Origin: Malacoraja senta
Taxonomy: Eukaryota
Assembly: GCA_038087875.1 (NCBI GenBank)
Contig: CM075995.1
Location: 1-64,000 of the forward strand
Reading direction: 5' to 3'
DNA: 64,000 nt
Shown: positions 48,730-61,054 of the stretch, in pieces
Position numbering within the stretch: position 1 is the stretch's first letter
How the letters are laid out: every line of letters begins with the position of its first letter
Made by a program: the position numbers and the translations under genes
Notes under the pieces: model-generated
The model's database searches: none
Seen by the model: the letters and a program-made list of their open reading frames with translations, nothing else
Told to the model about the DNA's origin: nothing

Positions 48730-49530
48730 GATAGGCACAAAATGCTGGGGTAACTCAGCGAGTCAGGCAGCATCTCGATAGAAGGGATGGGTGACGTTTT
48801 GGGTCAAGACCTTTCTTTGGACTGAATCAGTGGAGAGGGAGATACAGAGATAAGGAAATGTAAGGTGTGAAAATGAGACAAGGGATGAAGATCAAGTAAA
48901 ATGTAGAATAGCTTGTTAGCTAGGAGAAGGTAACAACAAAGCAAACAGATAAAATGTAAACAAGGATAGTCAGACTAGTCGAAGAACTGGGAAGGGGAGG
49001 GATGGGGAGAGAGAGCAAAGGTTACTTGAAGTTAGAGAAATCAATATTCATACCGCTGGGCTGTAAGCTACCCAAGCGAAATATGAGGTGTTGTTCCTCC
49101 AATTTGCACTGGGACTCACTCTGACAATGGAGGAGGCCCAGGACAGAAAAGTCAATGTGGGAATGGGAGGGGGGAGTTAAAGTGTTTAGCAACCGGGAGG
49201 TCAGGTAGGTTTAGGTGGACTGAGCGGGGGTGTTCAGTGAAACGAACTGCGCTTGGTCTCGTCGTATATAGGAGTCCACACGTGGATGAGGTTGGAGGAG
49301 GTACAAATGAACCTCTGCCTCGCGTGAAAAGACTGTCGGGGTCCTTGGACAGAGTCGAAGGGGGAGGTATAGGGACATGTGTTGCATCTCCTGCGGTTGC
49401 AGGGGAAAGTACTTGGGGAGGGGGTGGGAAAGGACATGTTAACCAGGGAGTTGCGGATGAAACGGTCTATGCGGAAAGCAAAAGAGGTGGAGATGTGGCT
49501 AGTGGCGGGATCACATTGGAGGAACTTATT
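48730..49530 (-). mobile_element. Penelope-like element 3' region (pre-GIY-YIG linker, GIY-YIG remnant, pLTR)
   Basis: CNRRRCNTCP..GPRQSF..F.CTSSNLI..Y.ETKR; pLTR with hammerhead-like remnant at about 48793. Confidence 0.8.
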
Positions 49531-49871
49531 GTGTTTTGAAACAAAAATGTGATAGTTGTAAATGTTTCTTTGTTCTGCTTCCTGTGTTTCTTGTAAAGCT
49601 TTTTCCAATGTTTTGTTAGCATATTCTAAGAATAATTATTTAAAAATATTGATATAGAATTGTTTGAAAATGCCTTCATCAAAGACGTTTGTCCATCCCG
49701 CAGGATGATCGTGAATGTGGCGGGTCAGCTCATCTGTCCTGTCAAAGTGCGGGTAAACTGGGTCCCAAGAATATTAGGTCCAGTGACTGCCTGTGATAAG
49801 TCACGGATTTAAAACTTCACATGAAAACCTTTGATAATCAATTGGACAGGTTAATTAATTCCTGTCACAAG

Positions 49872-51175
49872 GTCATGTGTGATAGGAGTAGAATTGAGCC
49901 ATTCGGCCCATCAAGGCTACTCCACCATTCATCATCTCTCCCTACTAACCCCATTCTCCTGCCTTTTCCCCATAACCTCTGACACCTGTACTAATCAAGA
50001 ATCTATCTATCTGTCTTAAATATCCATTGACCTGGCCTCCACAGCCCTCTGTGGCAAAGAATTCCACAGATTCACCATCCTCTGACTACATAAATTTCTC
50101 TTTGTCTCCTTCCTAAAAGAACGTCCTTTAATTCTGAGGCTATGACCTCTGGTCCTAGAATCTCCCACTAGTGGAGACATCTTCTCCACATCCACTCTAT
50201 TCAAGCCTTTCACTATTCTGTGTTTCAATGAGGTCCCCCCTCATTCTTCTAAACTCCAGCGAGTACAGGCTCATCATAGGCTAACCTACACATCCCTGGG
50301 ATCATACTTGTAAACCTCCTCTGGACCCTTTCCAGAGCCAGCACATCCTTCCTCAGATACGGTGCCCATAATTGCTCTAAATATTCCAAATGCGACCTTA
50401 CCAGCACTTTATAGATCCTCAGCATTACATCCCTGTTTTTGTATACAAGCCCCCTTGAAATAAATGCGAGCATTGGGCTTGCTTTCTGTACTACCGATTC
50501 GACTTGCGGATTCACTTTTTGGGAATCCTGCACCAGCATTTCCATTTGCACCTCTGATTTCTCCTCATTTAGAAAATGATCTACGCCTTTATTCCTACTG
50601 CCAAAATGCATGACTCCACACTTTGCTTCACTATATTTCATTTGCCACTTCTCTGCCCACTCTCCCAACCTGTCCAAGTCCTTCTGCAGAGTCCCTGCTT
50701 TCTCTCTACTACCTGCCCATCCACCTATTTTTGTATCATCCGCAAACTTGGCCACAAAGCGTTCAATTCCCTCGTCCAAATCATTAATATACAACGTGAA
50801 GAATGGTGGTCCCATGAAGAGTTGCGCCCCCAGCACTCGTTACTGGCAGCAAACTAGAAAAAGCCCCCTTTATTGCCATTCTTTGCCTTCTGCCATCCAG
50901 CCTACCTACTATCCATGTTAGTATCTGCCTTTTGATACCATGGGCTCTCATCTTCCTTGCAGCCTCACGTATGGCACCGTATTAAAGGCTTTCTGAAAAT
51001 CTAAGTAAACAACATCTACTGACTCTCCTGTTTAAGAAGGAACTGCAGATGCTGGAACAATCGAAGGTAGACAAAAATGCTGTTTCTACTACTGACTCTC
51101 CTGTTTACTTTGTCTAAGAATTCCAGCAAATTTGTCAAGCGAGACCTCCCATTCACAAAGCTATGCTGACTTCAT
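49872..51175 (-). mobile_element. CR1 LINE 3' part, same subfamily as 290-1475
   Basis: FADDTKIGG..LQKDLDRLGEWAEKWQM..ALERVQRRFT. Confidence 0.9.
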
Positions 51176-51301
51176 TCAGCCTATTTTGTCGTCAGTCTCA
51201 TTCATTATACTTTTATCATGTATCTGAAGACCCTTCCGTTGTGTGCTTTATAATGCTCTTACAGTTCTATTGATGTTTTCTGTTTTTCCCTGTAATTTTA
51301 G

Positions 51302-51422
51302 GAATGCAATTTCAGTATTGAAGGTGATCTGTACTGTCCTGGATCTGGAAAGAAAGGGCACAAAAGATGAAATTGTTTCAAAAATTTTGAACTTCTTGAT
51401 GAAACCCAAGGCATCTGGGAAG
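51302..51422 (+). CDS. DEK: DEK coding exon 5 (SAP domain)
   Basis: NAISVLKVICTVLDLERKGTKDEIVSKILNFLMKPKASGK. Confidence 0.96.
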
Positions 51423-52161
51423 GTAGATGTTTTTGAAATCTGAGTTGCTTTTTTGAAATAACAAAAAACTCGCTGTACAAATTACACTTGAATAACTGGA
51501 TATTTTAACTGCAATATCTTAACTGTTTACGAAGGGCAGCAAGAATTTGCCTTGTAAATACTGCCTCGTGTCTGTGATATGGAAGAGGAATGGGATTCAT
51601 TTATATTGGCGACGGTGGGGATTAATCAATAGCCACCCTGTTAGGGTGATCTTGATTGAGGCCAAATTTAGTTTACATTTTTTGAACAAGTAACAAATGT
51701 GTTAATTGGGGCGTTGAATCCTAAGTGGACTTTTAAGTCTTTGACAAAGTCCTGGATGGGAAATTGGTCCAAAAGAATTAGAGCTCGTGGGATTTAAAGC
51801 TGGTTGGCAAATTGGTTCTAAAATTGGCTTGATAATGGAGAGCAGAGGTTAACACCATAGGGTGTTTTAGGTTTGCTTCAATTTCTGCTAAAAAATAATT
51901 TGTGTAATCACAAGCAAAATCGCTTATGATCCAGACCAATAGGGTAGCTCAATATTAAAATGCATCAGTGTAAAGTAATCTTATTCTCATATCCTAAAAA
52001 TGTAACATGGTAACAACAAATTGACAAAAATACTGCAAAACAAAAATGTTGGTTCTATTCATACTGTCTTTATTTAGACAGAAAAATTGCATGTCTTGAA
52101 ACTACTTTGCAGATCAATAAATTTGTTAACAGAATTAATTTGTACTTAACTATAATTGTAG

Positions 52162-52335
52162 TCATTACCAAAGCCTAAGAAAAGGCGTCAAAAGGGTGGA
52201 AAGAAAGAAAGCTCGGGGTCCAAGAAAAATAAATCCAAGCCTTTAGAAGAGATTCTTACCGATGAATCTAGCAGTGAGGAAGAAAAGAAAGAAGAAAAAT
52301 TGTCACATGAAAGTGACGTGGAAGAAGCAGCTGAG
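52162..52335 (+). CDS. DEK: DEK coding exon 6 (basic NLS-like and acidic tract)
   Basis: SLPKPKKRRQK..EEILTDESSSEEE..EEAAE; 174 nt, in frame. Confidence 0.92.
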
Positions 52336-52884
52336 GTTTGTAATTGTCATTCTTGAACGTATTGAGTTTTTTTTGGAATTGACTGGATTTTTACATTTAT
52401 ATTGGTCTGCAATTGCAATGAGAGAGGACTTAATCAACATATTTTAAATTTTATATTAACTCTAGTCTTGACAAAGTAGATGTGGAGAGGATGCTTCTTT
52501 TGTGGGGGATTCTAGATTTGGGGTTTACTCTTAAAAGCATGTGCATGGCAATTGTTTCTGTCTTGAGTCTTTGGAACTTTCTCAAAGGGCAGTGGGTGCT
52601 GAGCCTAGCTAGCGTTTCTTGGGGGACTGTGATCTGTCTTGGATGCTTTTGTAGAGGTGAGTTAGAAGTGGGCAAACAATTTGGAGATGTTATATGTGCA
52701 ATTTCCACTATAGGGTATTCACTACATAATCTAGGATCTCGGTCCTGGTAATTCTGATAGGCCAGGTAAAAACTGATGGTGGGCTCGTTGCTGCAGTTGT
52801 TTACAACTACATTAGTTTCAACTCCTTGCTATTTCTATCTGCCAGTTAAGATCCACAGCATTCTGAATGGTCTCCAAGTTTTGG

Positions 52885-53195
52885 TCTCCAAATTTGAGGA
52901 AGGACATTCTTGCTATTGAGGGAGTGCAGGGTAAGTTCACAAGGTTAATTCCCGGGATGGCAGGACTGACTGTCATACGCTGAGAGAATGGAGCGGCTGG
53001 GCTTGTATACTCTGGAATTTAGAAGGATGAGAGGGCATCTTATTGAAACATATAAGATATTAAGGGTTTGGACACGCTAGAGGCAGGAAACATGTTCCCA
53101 ATGTTGGGGGAGTCCAGAACCAGGGGCCACAGTTTAAGAATAAGGGGTAAGCCATTTAGAACGGAGATGAGGAAACTTTTTCATACAGAGTTGTG
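52885..53195 (+). mobile_element. CR1 3' fragment
   Basis: Similar to 6213-6420 (reverse complement) and 34260-34450. Confidence 0.85.
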
Positions 53196-53908
53196 AAAGT
53201 TAGTGGAAAGGAGACCTCTAAAATCATGGACGAAAACTAAGTGAAGTAATGGGGCATATTCATCTTCATCAACTTAAACAGTAGTTGAGGGTTAAGGATG
53301 ACTTGCTTTCCCAATGTGGAAGATGCCTTTGCATGAATTCGTATAAAGAATTGACCGCAGCATATTAGATACTACACAGTAATGACAGAATAATGTCTTG
53401 GTCCAAACAAAAAGAGAACTGCATGCTCTAATGCATGCACACGTTTCTGCATTTTACACACATACAGATGGAGCCTATCCATACAAAATAGCCTTGCTGT
53501 ATTTTCTGTGTTAAGCCACACTGCGGAAACTCCATCTGGCTCCTCCACCCATCCCCTCCCAATCCTGCCTCATTTACATGATATTAATTTTTCTTCCAAT
53601 TTACTGATTTAAAAGACTATTAGATGGCACATGGATATCCAAGAAATGGAGGGATATGGGTCACTTGCAGGCAGAGGAGATTAGTTTATCTTGGCATCAT
53701 GTTTGGCACAGATGTTATGGGCCGAAGGGCCTGTTCCTATGCTTTACCGTTCTATGTACTCTAAGTGGTCTGTCATGTGAGACTTGGGAAACCGACTATT
53801 TTCACTTAATGTAGTAGTCAAGGGACATTGATAATCAGAATTTTTATGCAGTCTATAATTCAATATTCTATAATTTGAGCAGTGAGTGGCTACTTTTTAA
53901 TCACGATA

Positions 53909-54205
53909 GGGTGGCACAGCGGTGGAGTTGCTGCCTTACAGTGCCATAGACCTGGGTTCAACCTTGACCTCGGGTGCTGTCTGTACAGTGTTTATACATT
54001 CTCCCTGTGATCGTGTGGGTTTTCTCTGGGTGCTCCAGTTTCTTCCCCCACTCCAAAGACGTACAGGTTTGTAGATTAATTGGTTTCTATAAATTGTCCC
54101 TAGTGTGTAGGATAGTGCTAGTTAATGTGCAGGGCAATCGCTGGTCGGCGTGATCTCTGGGCTGAAGGGCCTGTTTCCACGTTGTATCCAAGTCTAAAAT
54201 AAAGT
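53909..54205 (+). mobile_element. tRNA-derived SINE, full-length
   Basis: A box tggcacagcgg, B box ggttcaacc, same body and tail as 18525. Confidence 0.85.
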
Positions 54206-54333
54206 CTAACGGTAGAAGTCAATGGCTTCACACAGTTTTATCAGAAATTATTTTATACTAACCCTAAAGCAAACCACAGAATGGCACTAAATGTTTTTGA
54301 GCGCAAGTTAAGAATACCATGGATTTTTTTCAG

Positions 54334-54475
54334 CCACCGAAGAAAGTGACTAAAAAAGAAAAAGTTACAACAAAAGCCGTGTCTAAAGGCAAGAAGGGGA
54401 AAAATACCAAAGCAACAAATGTGAAAAAGGCTGACAGTAGCACCACAAAGAAAACTGCAGCTCTTGCCAAGAAGG
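54334..54475 (+). CDS. DEK: DEK coding exon 7
   Basis: PPKKVTKKEK..NVKKADSSTTKK; cag/gtaag boundaries. Confidence 0.95.
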
Positions 54476-55877
54476 GTAAGTACTTGATTAACTACTTATG
54501 AGATTAACAAATAACTAGTTAACAGATGAGGGAGGGTGAAAGTTTTGGCTGGGTGTTTGGAAAAATTCCTTTGGTTTGTTTTACTCGTATGCTGTCCGTT
54601 CTAATTATTTGGTTAAGATCTATAGTTTTGTAAATCTGCAAAATTCAGTGCACTTCATGATGAGCAGTGCACTAAGAACAGCCCAGGGAGAAATGGTTGA
54701 GATTTCAGATGGAAACCATGCATTAGGACTCAAGATTTTTATTACTGTTGGAGATTTTTTTTTCAAATTTAAGTCGGAGAAAATGAAAATGTTGATCTAG
54801 CTAAGAACATTGTTTATGGGAACAGTTACACAAAATTGAGAATGAATGCTGTTAAGATGAAATGCTTACTGATCTCATCAGTTGCCTTTTTAAAAACCAC
54901 ATACATTTGAGGTCTGAAGAAGGGTCTCGACCTGAAACGTCACCTTCTCTCCACAGATGCTGCCTGCTCCGCTGAGTTACTCCAGCATTTTGTGTCTATA
55001 TATATTTGATGAATGTCATTTTAGAAGCCAATTATGCTGTAAATTTTCCATGTAACACATTTGGTAAGAAATATCACTATCTGCACAAAATTGTACTGCG
55101 TGAGATTGTAAACCTTTCCACTATCCTAATAATGTAGAAAACACACAATTGGAATCTACTTTCTAGGAAAGATCTTCCACTGAGGTGAAAAGTTGAAATC
55201 AAATTCATGACCTATATTTCTCGGGAGACAACATTGGAATATGGATGTAATTCACTCCTGGGGTTGCAGGGAGTTCTTGGCTCTAACTTTTATAATTAAA
55301 GATGAGATGACTTGCTGAAAAAGTTCTTGAAACAAATCTGAGCTTTTCTGTGCTTAGATATGCAGTAAGAATGGCAAATCTCACTTTTCTATTGTGAAAG
55401 GGAAGAGGAAGTGCTTGCAGTCTCAGCTGGTGAATGTTGCAAAAGATATTGGAATGAAGGAAGACAATTATTGATATTTTAAATCATGTTTTGACTCATT
55501 TGCCTAGTACCTAAATACATCCTTGTAACAACATCGTGACGAACAACGCATTTCTAATGCTGGTGTTCATTTTCTCACCCTGTAATCAAATTTTTCATGT
55601 GCAGTACGGTTTGTACGTCAATACAAGGGTGACCTGAGTGCAACCACTTCTGCTCATTAATCAGCCACGAGCTCCCCTGCACCGTGTCCTTCTGCTCCTT
55701 CCCACACACCAAAGCCTTCTCAAAATATTGAATATCTTCAGTTTTGCCCAATACAAAAAGGGAAGCTGAGGTGGGGTATAGCGTGTGCATTTGAGCAATT
55801 TTATAATAGAGCTAAAAGTATTGTGTTCAGTGACTTTTGTTTGAAACCTTGTATTTCATCTTGTTACTGTGTGTCAG

Positions 55878-56026
55878 AAAGTGAATCGGAAGACGGTTCA
55901 GATGATGAACCGCTGATTAAAAAACTTAAGAAACCACCTACAGATGAAGAAATAAAGAAAACAGTCAAGAACTTGTTGGCTGGTGCAAACTTGGAAGAAG
56001 TCACAATGAAACAAATTTGCAAAAAG
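55878..56026 (+). CDS. DEK: DEK coding exon 8 (start of DEK-C domain)
   Basis: SESEDGSDDEPLIKKLKKPPTDEEIKKTVKNLLAGANLEEVTMKQICKK. Confidence 0.97.
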
Positions 56027-56324
56027 GTAATTTTTTCCTTTATTGAATGTTCAGATTAGCATTAAAAGATTAAAGAGTTCTCTAAAACTGTAAAGTAACA
56101 TTTGGAAAATCATGCTAGTAACGTCTAATAAATTGAAATGAGAGGAAATTGGAGAGAATTGCAATGGGCAGAGTATTGCTACTGGGCAAATTGTTGGAGG
56201 TGCAGTGTTTCCAGGTCCTAGAGTGATAGTACAGCGTGGTAATAGGTCTATTGGCCCAACTTGCCCACAATGTCCAACATGCTCCATCTAGCTGCCCGTT
56301 TGGCCCTCAAATTTCAGAAAGCCG

Positions 56325-57575
56325 TTAATAAGATGCCACACGTGAGGCTGTTAAGGAAGATGAGAGCCCATGGACAGCAGGTATCAAAGGACAGATACTA
56401 GCATGGACAGCAGGTTGGCTGGATGGCAGAAGACAAAGAGTGCCAATAAAGGGGGCTTTTTCTGGCTGGCTGCCAGTGACTAGCGGAGTTCCGCAGGTGT
56501 CAGTGCTGGAACCAATACTCTTCACGTTGTATATTAATGATTTGGACGAGGGGATTGAAGGCTTTGTGGTTTTGCGGATGATACGAAAATAAGTGGAAGG
56601 GTAGATAGTGTAGAGAAAACAGAAGGATATGCAGAAGGATTTGGGCAGGTTGGGAGAGTGGGCAGAGATGTGGCAGATGGAATACAGTGTAAGCAAAGTG
56701 TGGAGTCAAGTATTTTGGTAGTAGGAATAAAGGTGTAGACTATTTTCTAAATGGGGAGAGAATGCAGAAATCAGAGATGCAAAGGGACTTGGGAGTGCTG
56801 GTGCAGGATTCTCAAAAAGCTCATCTTTAAGTCGCTGAGGCTCTATAAGGCGCTGTAAGGTCTCATTTGGAATATTGTGAGCAATTTCGGGCACCATGTC
56901 TGAGGAAGGATGTGCTGGCTCTGGAGAGGGTCCAGAGGAGGTTTACAAGAATTATCCCAGGAATGAGTAGCGTTTGTCGGTACTGGGCCTGTACTCACTG
57001 GAGTTTAGAAGAATGAGAGGGGACTTATTGAAATGTACAGAATAGTGACAGGCTTAGACCAGGGGTGTCAAACTCAATTTAGGTCATGGGCAAAATGCAT
57101 CTTCATGCGCTCCGGATCAAGCCACTCATACGCGAACGCAGCCCACTCTGGCGTCAGGGCAATCACCCCGTGGGCCGGATCGGACCCCTTCGCGGGCTGC
57201 ATCCGGCCTCCGAATTTGACACCCCTGGCTTCGACAGAGTGGATGGGGAGAGGATGTTTCCACTAGTGGGACAGTCTAGCACTAGAGGTCACAGCCTCAG
57301 AATTAAAGGATGTTCTTTTAGAAAGGAGATGAGGAGAAATTTATTTAGTCAGAGAGTGGTGAATCTGTGGAACATTGCCACAGAAATATCCACTGGAGAG
57401 GCAGTCAGTGGATATTTTTAAGGCAGAGATAGCTAGATTTTTGCTCAGTACAGGTGTCAGAGGTTATGGGGAGAAGGCAGGAGAACGGGGTTAGGAGAGC
57501 GAGATAGATCAGCCATGATTAAATGGCGGAGTAGACTTGATGGGCTGAGTGGCCTAATTCTACTATCACTTATGA
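56325..57575 (+). mobile_element. CR1 LINE 3' part, same subfamily as 290-1475 and 49872-51175
   Basis: Nucleotide similarity to those copies; CR1 3' UTR. Confidence 0.88.
57060..57227. mobile_element. hAT-family MITE (168 bp) inserted in CR1
   Basis: 13-bp TIR caggggtgtcaaa/tttgacacccctg; 8-bp TSD gcttagac/gcttcgac. Confidence 0.9.
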
Positions 57576-57969
57576 CAACACCCAAAACCTATCCTGTCCT
57601 ATCCATGCACTTATACAGATGTCACGTAAACCTAATACTGTATTTAACCAGGAACTTGATTTTTTGCTCCATGGGTCACATGAGGCCGAACATTTAATTA
57701 TTTTTCCATTTTCAAACCATGACTCAAATTCGCACTGTGCTCTGATGTGGGGTGGGAGAAATGGGTTAGTGCTGCTTCACTAAATTGCAAGTTCTGTGTA
57801 GTGATCGCTTTACACTTAACCAAGTGCACATTGAGAACATTGAATTGGAAATAAGATGAATAGCAGTGTCACATATTAATATAGAGATTTCCTGAAAAAA
57901 AGCATGGTTTATATCCTATGTTTCTAGTATTGTTCTTTATCATTAAACGAATTTCCTTTTATTCTTCAG

Positions 57970-58038
57970 GTGTTTGCTGTCTATCCGGAATATGACCTGT
58001 CTGACAAGAAAGATTTTGTCAAGAACACTGTGAAAGCG
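57970..58038 (+). CDS. DEK: DEK coding exon 9
   Basis: VFAVYPEYDLSDKKDFVKNTVKA; cag/gtaggt boundaries. Confidence 0.95.
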
Positions 58039-58485
58039 GTAGGTATTGATTACTCTTTCATCGTTATTTATAAATTTCCCATTTAAAACTGAGTCTCAGG
58101 AAGTTCTAACAAACTATTTTTGTCCCATAACCCCTGACACAGAAGATGCACAGAAGAAAGTTAGGGGTTGCATATTGTAATCAGAAGATTTATACTGGTG
58201 TATGTAATTTTGGATAAGACGCAGCAATAGGAATGGGAATGCTCTACCATAAGGGAGAATGTTTAGTTAATTTGCTCACATGGCCCGTATAAAATCAGAT
58301 GCCTCAAGGCAGAAGTGATGGAATGCTTTTAATCCAGTTTGGAGCTCTCCATTAGTGTCAAATAATTGAGTTAGATTCACAAATATAAATATGGGGCTGA
58401 ACAAAAGCCCATATAACTAAGCATCGCCCATACCACTCTTGGGCGACTACATTTATGCTGTAACATTGTAATTTTTATTTTTCAG

Positions 58486-58497
58486 TTGATATCATGA
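58486..58497 (+). CDS. DEK: DEK last coding exon (LIS-stop)
   Basis: Strong acceptor tttttatttttcag, then TTG ATA TCA TGA; human DEK also ends in LIS. Total CDS 1107 nt = 368 aa. Confidence 0.92.
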   Translation: MIS

Positions 58498-60662
58498 TAA
58501 TGATCCCTATTCAAGGAAACCAGCTAAGTGATAAGATGGCGTTGCTACCATATTCCATGTCGATTGAGAAATTGGATTGACACCAGCACAAATAAGAATG
58601 CATTTCTTTGAGCGGAGATTGTTGTAAGCCATATTATATGTCAATATCAATCGACCATCTTTCAAACTAGACTTGGCTTCTTTAGCTGTAGATCTGCCTT
58701 TTAAGACTTGAACTTTTATCTGTTAAATTTTCTAGTAGTGTACTAGTTTTTTAACCTGTTTATGAAAATGTAAATTTAAATGAGTTGTGAATAAATTACC
58801 CAGTAACTTCATAATGGTTAAGCATGTCTTATTTCTCTCTAATTAGAGTTTAGTCAAATAAATTAGAAAACTGGCTGTTTTTCCTAAGCTTAAACCTGGA
58901 ACGTAGTTGCATGTACATGTTAAAACAATTTAATTATCTTGGACTTCGATTTGATCGTTCTGTATTTAAATGTTTTCAAAGCAAGACTATGATTTTAATT
59001 TTGTAAAAGGGGAATGTTTTTTTTAAAATTGGAGATGCAGAAGATGTATATCTGTAACTTGAGTTCTTTGTAGAACTTGTTTTGACTATTAAATGCCCGA
59101 GCTCAAAGTGAAATAAAAATGCAGAGACATTTCAGGCTTTTTTTTTTAAATGCTTTATAAATAGGAGTATGACCATCTGACAAATCTTTCCAAATGGAAA
59201 GAAAAATATCCATCTTGCTGCAAACCCATTTAATCATTGTGCACCTATTCAGAGTTAAATTTAACTGATACAATGAGACAGTAGTCTTAGTATCCTGGAT
59301 AATCAGTAAGTTGGTGCTTAAATTAGAATTAAACAAGTTCAGAAAGTAGAATTTTTGTATTGGAAAAAAGCTTTGATTCAGTTAGCACTATGTAAACCAG
59401 AATTGTTTTACTTGGTTATTACATTAGTACAGTAGATCATGCAAAACCCAACTTGGGATCAGGTTGGTGAATAAGTTTGCAAGGTAATTTCAAATTACAG
59501 GTGAGCTTTCAGTCTAGTAATTGGCTGGTGTGATGAGAAAGGCTGAGAATGCAATACCTGAGATTTTTTTTAATCACCCCAAAGGCAAACTGGTATTAAT
59601 ACTCCAGCTCAAATTAACACTCTTATCAATTCTCATTTCCATTTGTAAATAGTACAGACACAAAAGAGTCAATTCCTCCAAAATGAAACATTATTTACAT
59701 CGATATGTACAAGCTTTAAAAATTGGAAGCTCTACAAAATCACTATAAATAAAATTAAAGATTCAGTTTTGGCAGTGATAAAGAATTATACTTGTCATTG
59801 CAGTATACTTTACAAGCAATAGATTAATAGCACTCAGGTTACGTAGTAGTAAAAGGCAGTATTAGTTCAGTTTAACAAACAATCCACAATGGATTTTGAA
59901 AGTGACCAGATGAATTTTGGACTGAAAGAAAACTTGTGCCTTTCCTGTTTTAAATCTTGGATAAGGAGATGTTAGTTCAGTCTTTGCAGTAATGGAAATA
60001 CTGCCTAGCACCATTTAAAAGAAAACACACTAAATGGGTATCCATATCTGAAAGAAACACTGAGCGTTTTGCATACTGTATACTTGAATGAGCTAATTCT
60101 ATCCCTGGTTATAAGTGCACGTTGTTTTGCTTGTCACTACAAACAACTAACTAATGGGTTAGATTAAAAAAAAAATCTGCACCAGAAGGATGGAAATTGT
60201 ATTTGGTGCACAAAAAAAAAAGCACTTCCAGCAATACCTCTAAACTCCTTGGTCACCCCTTGCAGCAACTTTAACATGTTCTGGAAACCAAAATTGGTCA
60301 TTCAAAAATAAAGGAAATAGTTCAAAAACTACAAAGTCACAGGTGGCTTCAATTTAGCCACGCAACCTTATTAAAATTAAATGTGAAAGCTCTTCAGTAT
60401 TTGAAATGTTTTGCTTTGCAGAGAATTGTGTTTCTAAAAGATTCTAAATTGTGGGATTATTGCCTTTATTTAAATAGTTGCTGAAAGCTTCACTCATTTT
60501 TGTACTCTGGTATTTAAACAGGTTTCAATCAGTTTTCAATTGTACTTGGATTTAAAGTACAAAGACCTACCATTATAGAATTTAGCAGCATTTTTTTTTA
60601 AACAAGAGCAGTACCTTCCATATACAGCATTTTCATTTAGTCCTAAATACAAGACAAATACT
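58498..60662. other. Convergent 3' UTR zone of DEK (+) and KDM1B (-)
   Basis: AT-rich with no recognisable TE; AATAAA on + at 58790, 59112, 59748, 60307 and on - at 60465-60470. Confidence 0.6.
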
Positions 60663-60746
60663 TTACAATGCAGCAATTTTACTGGCTTCTCTGACTCCAC
60701 TGAGGTATGCTCCTGTAACAGTTTGTGGAAAGTGCCGATTTGTTGC
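60663..60746 (-). CDS. KDM1B: KDM1B (LSD2) last coding exon
   Basis: ATNRHFPQTVTGAYLSGVREASKIAAL-stop after a cag acceptor; matches the LSD2 amine-oxidase C-terminus. Confidence 0.95.
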   Translation of the reverse strand, partial: ATNRHFPQTVTGAYLSGVREASKIAAL

Positions 60747-61054
60747 CTGTATTAAAAGAAAAATATTTTTATCAAGATTTTAACATTTGTTCTGATTGCT
60801 AAACATTCAAATCAACAGTGGTCAAAAAACAATCAGCAAATAAATCTTGCACTTAAAGGCAAGACAAGCCTTTTACCTGGAGCCAAGAAACTGCATTCAC
60901 TAGAATCTTGAGCAAAACGTGCTGCAGGAATTCAGCAGGTATGGAACATGTATGGAAGGAACAGATAGACAATGTTTCAGGTTGGGACTCTTCTTTAGAC
61001 TGCTGGAGTTTGGGGAAGAGGTGGAGAGAACAAAACCTGGCAAGTGAAATGGAT

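Noticed and set aside
49680..49860. Unique intronic GC-richer patch, possible snoRNA
   Set aside because: No convincing C/D or H/ACA boxes.
53909..53985. tRNA gene-like A/B boxes (also 18525 and 32580)
   Set aside because: These are SINE heads continuing into a SINE body; no full cloverleaf or terminator.
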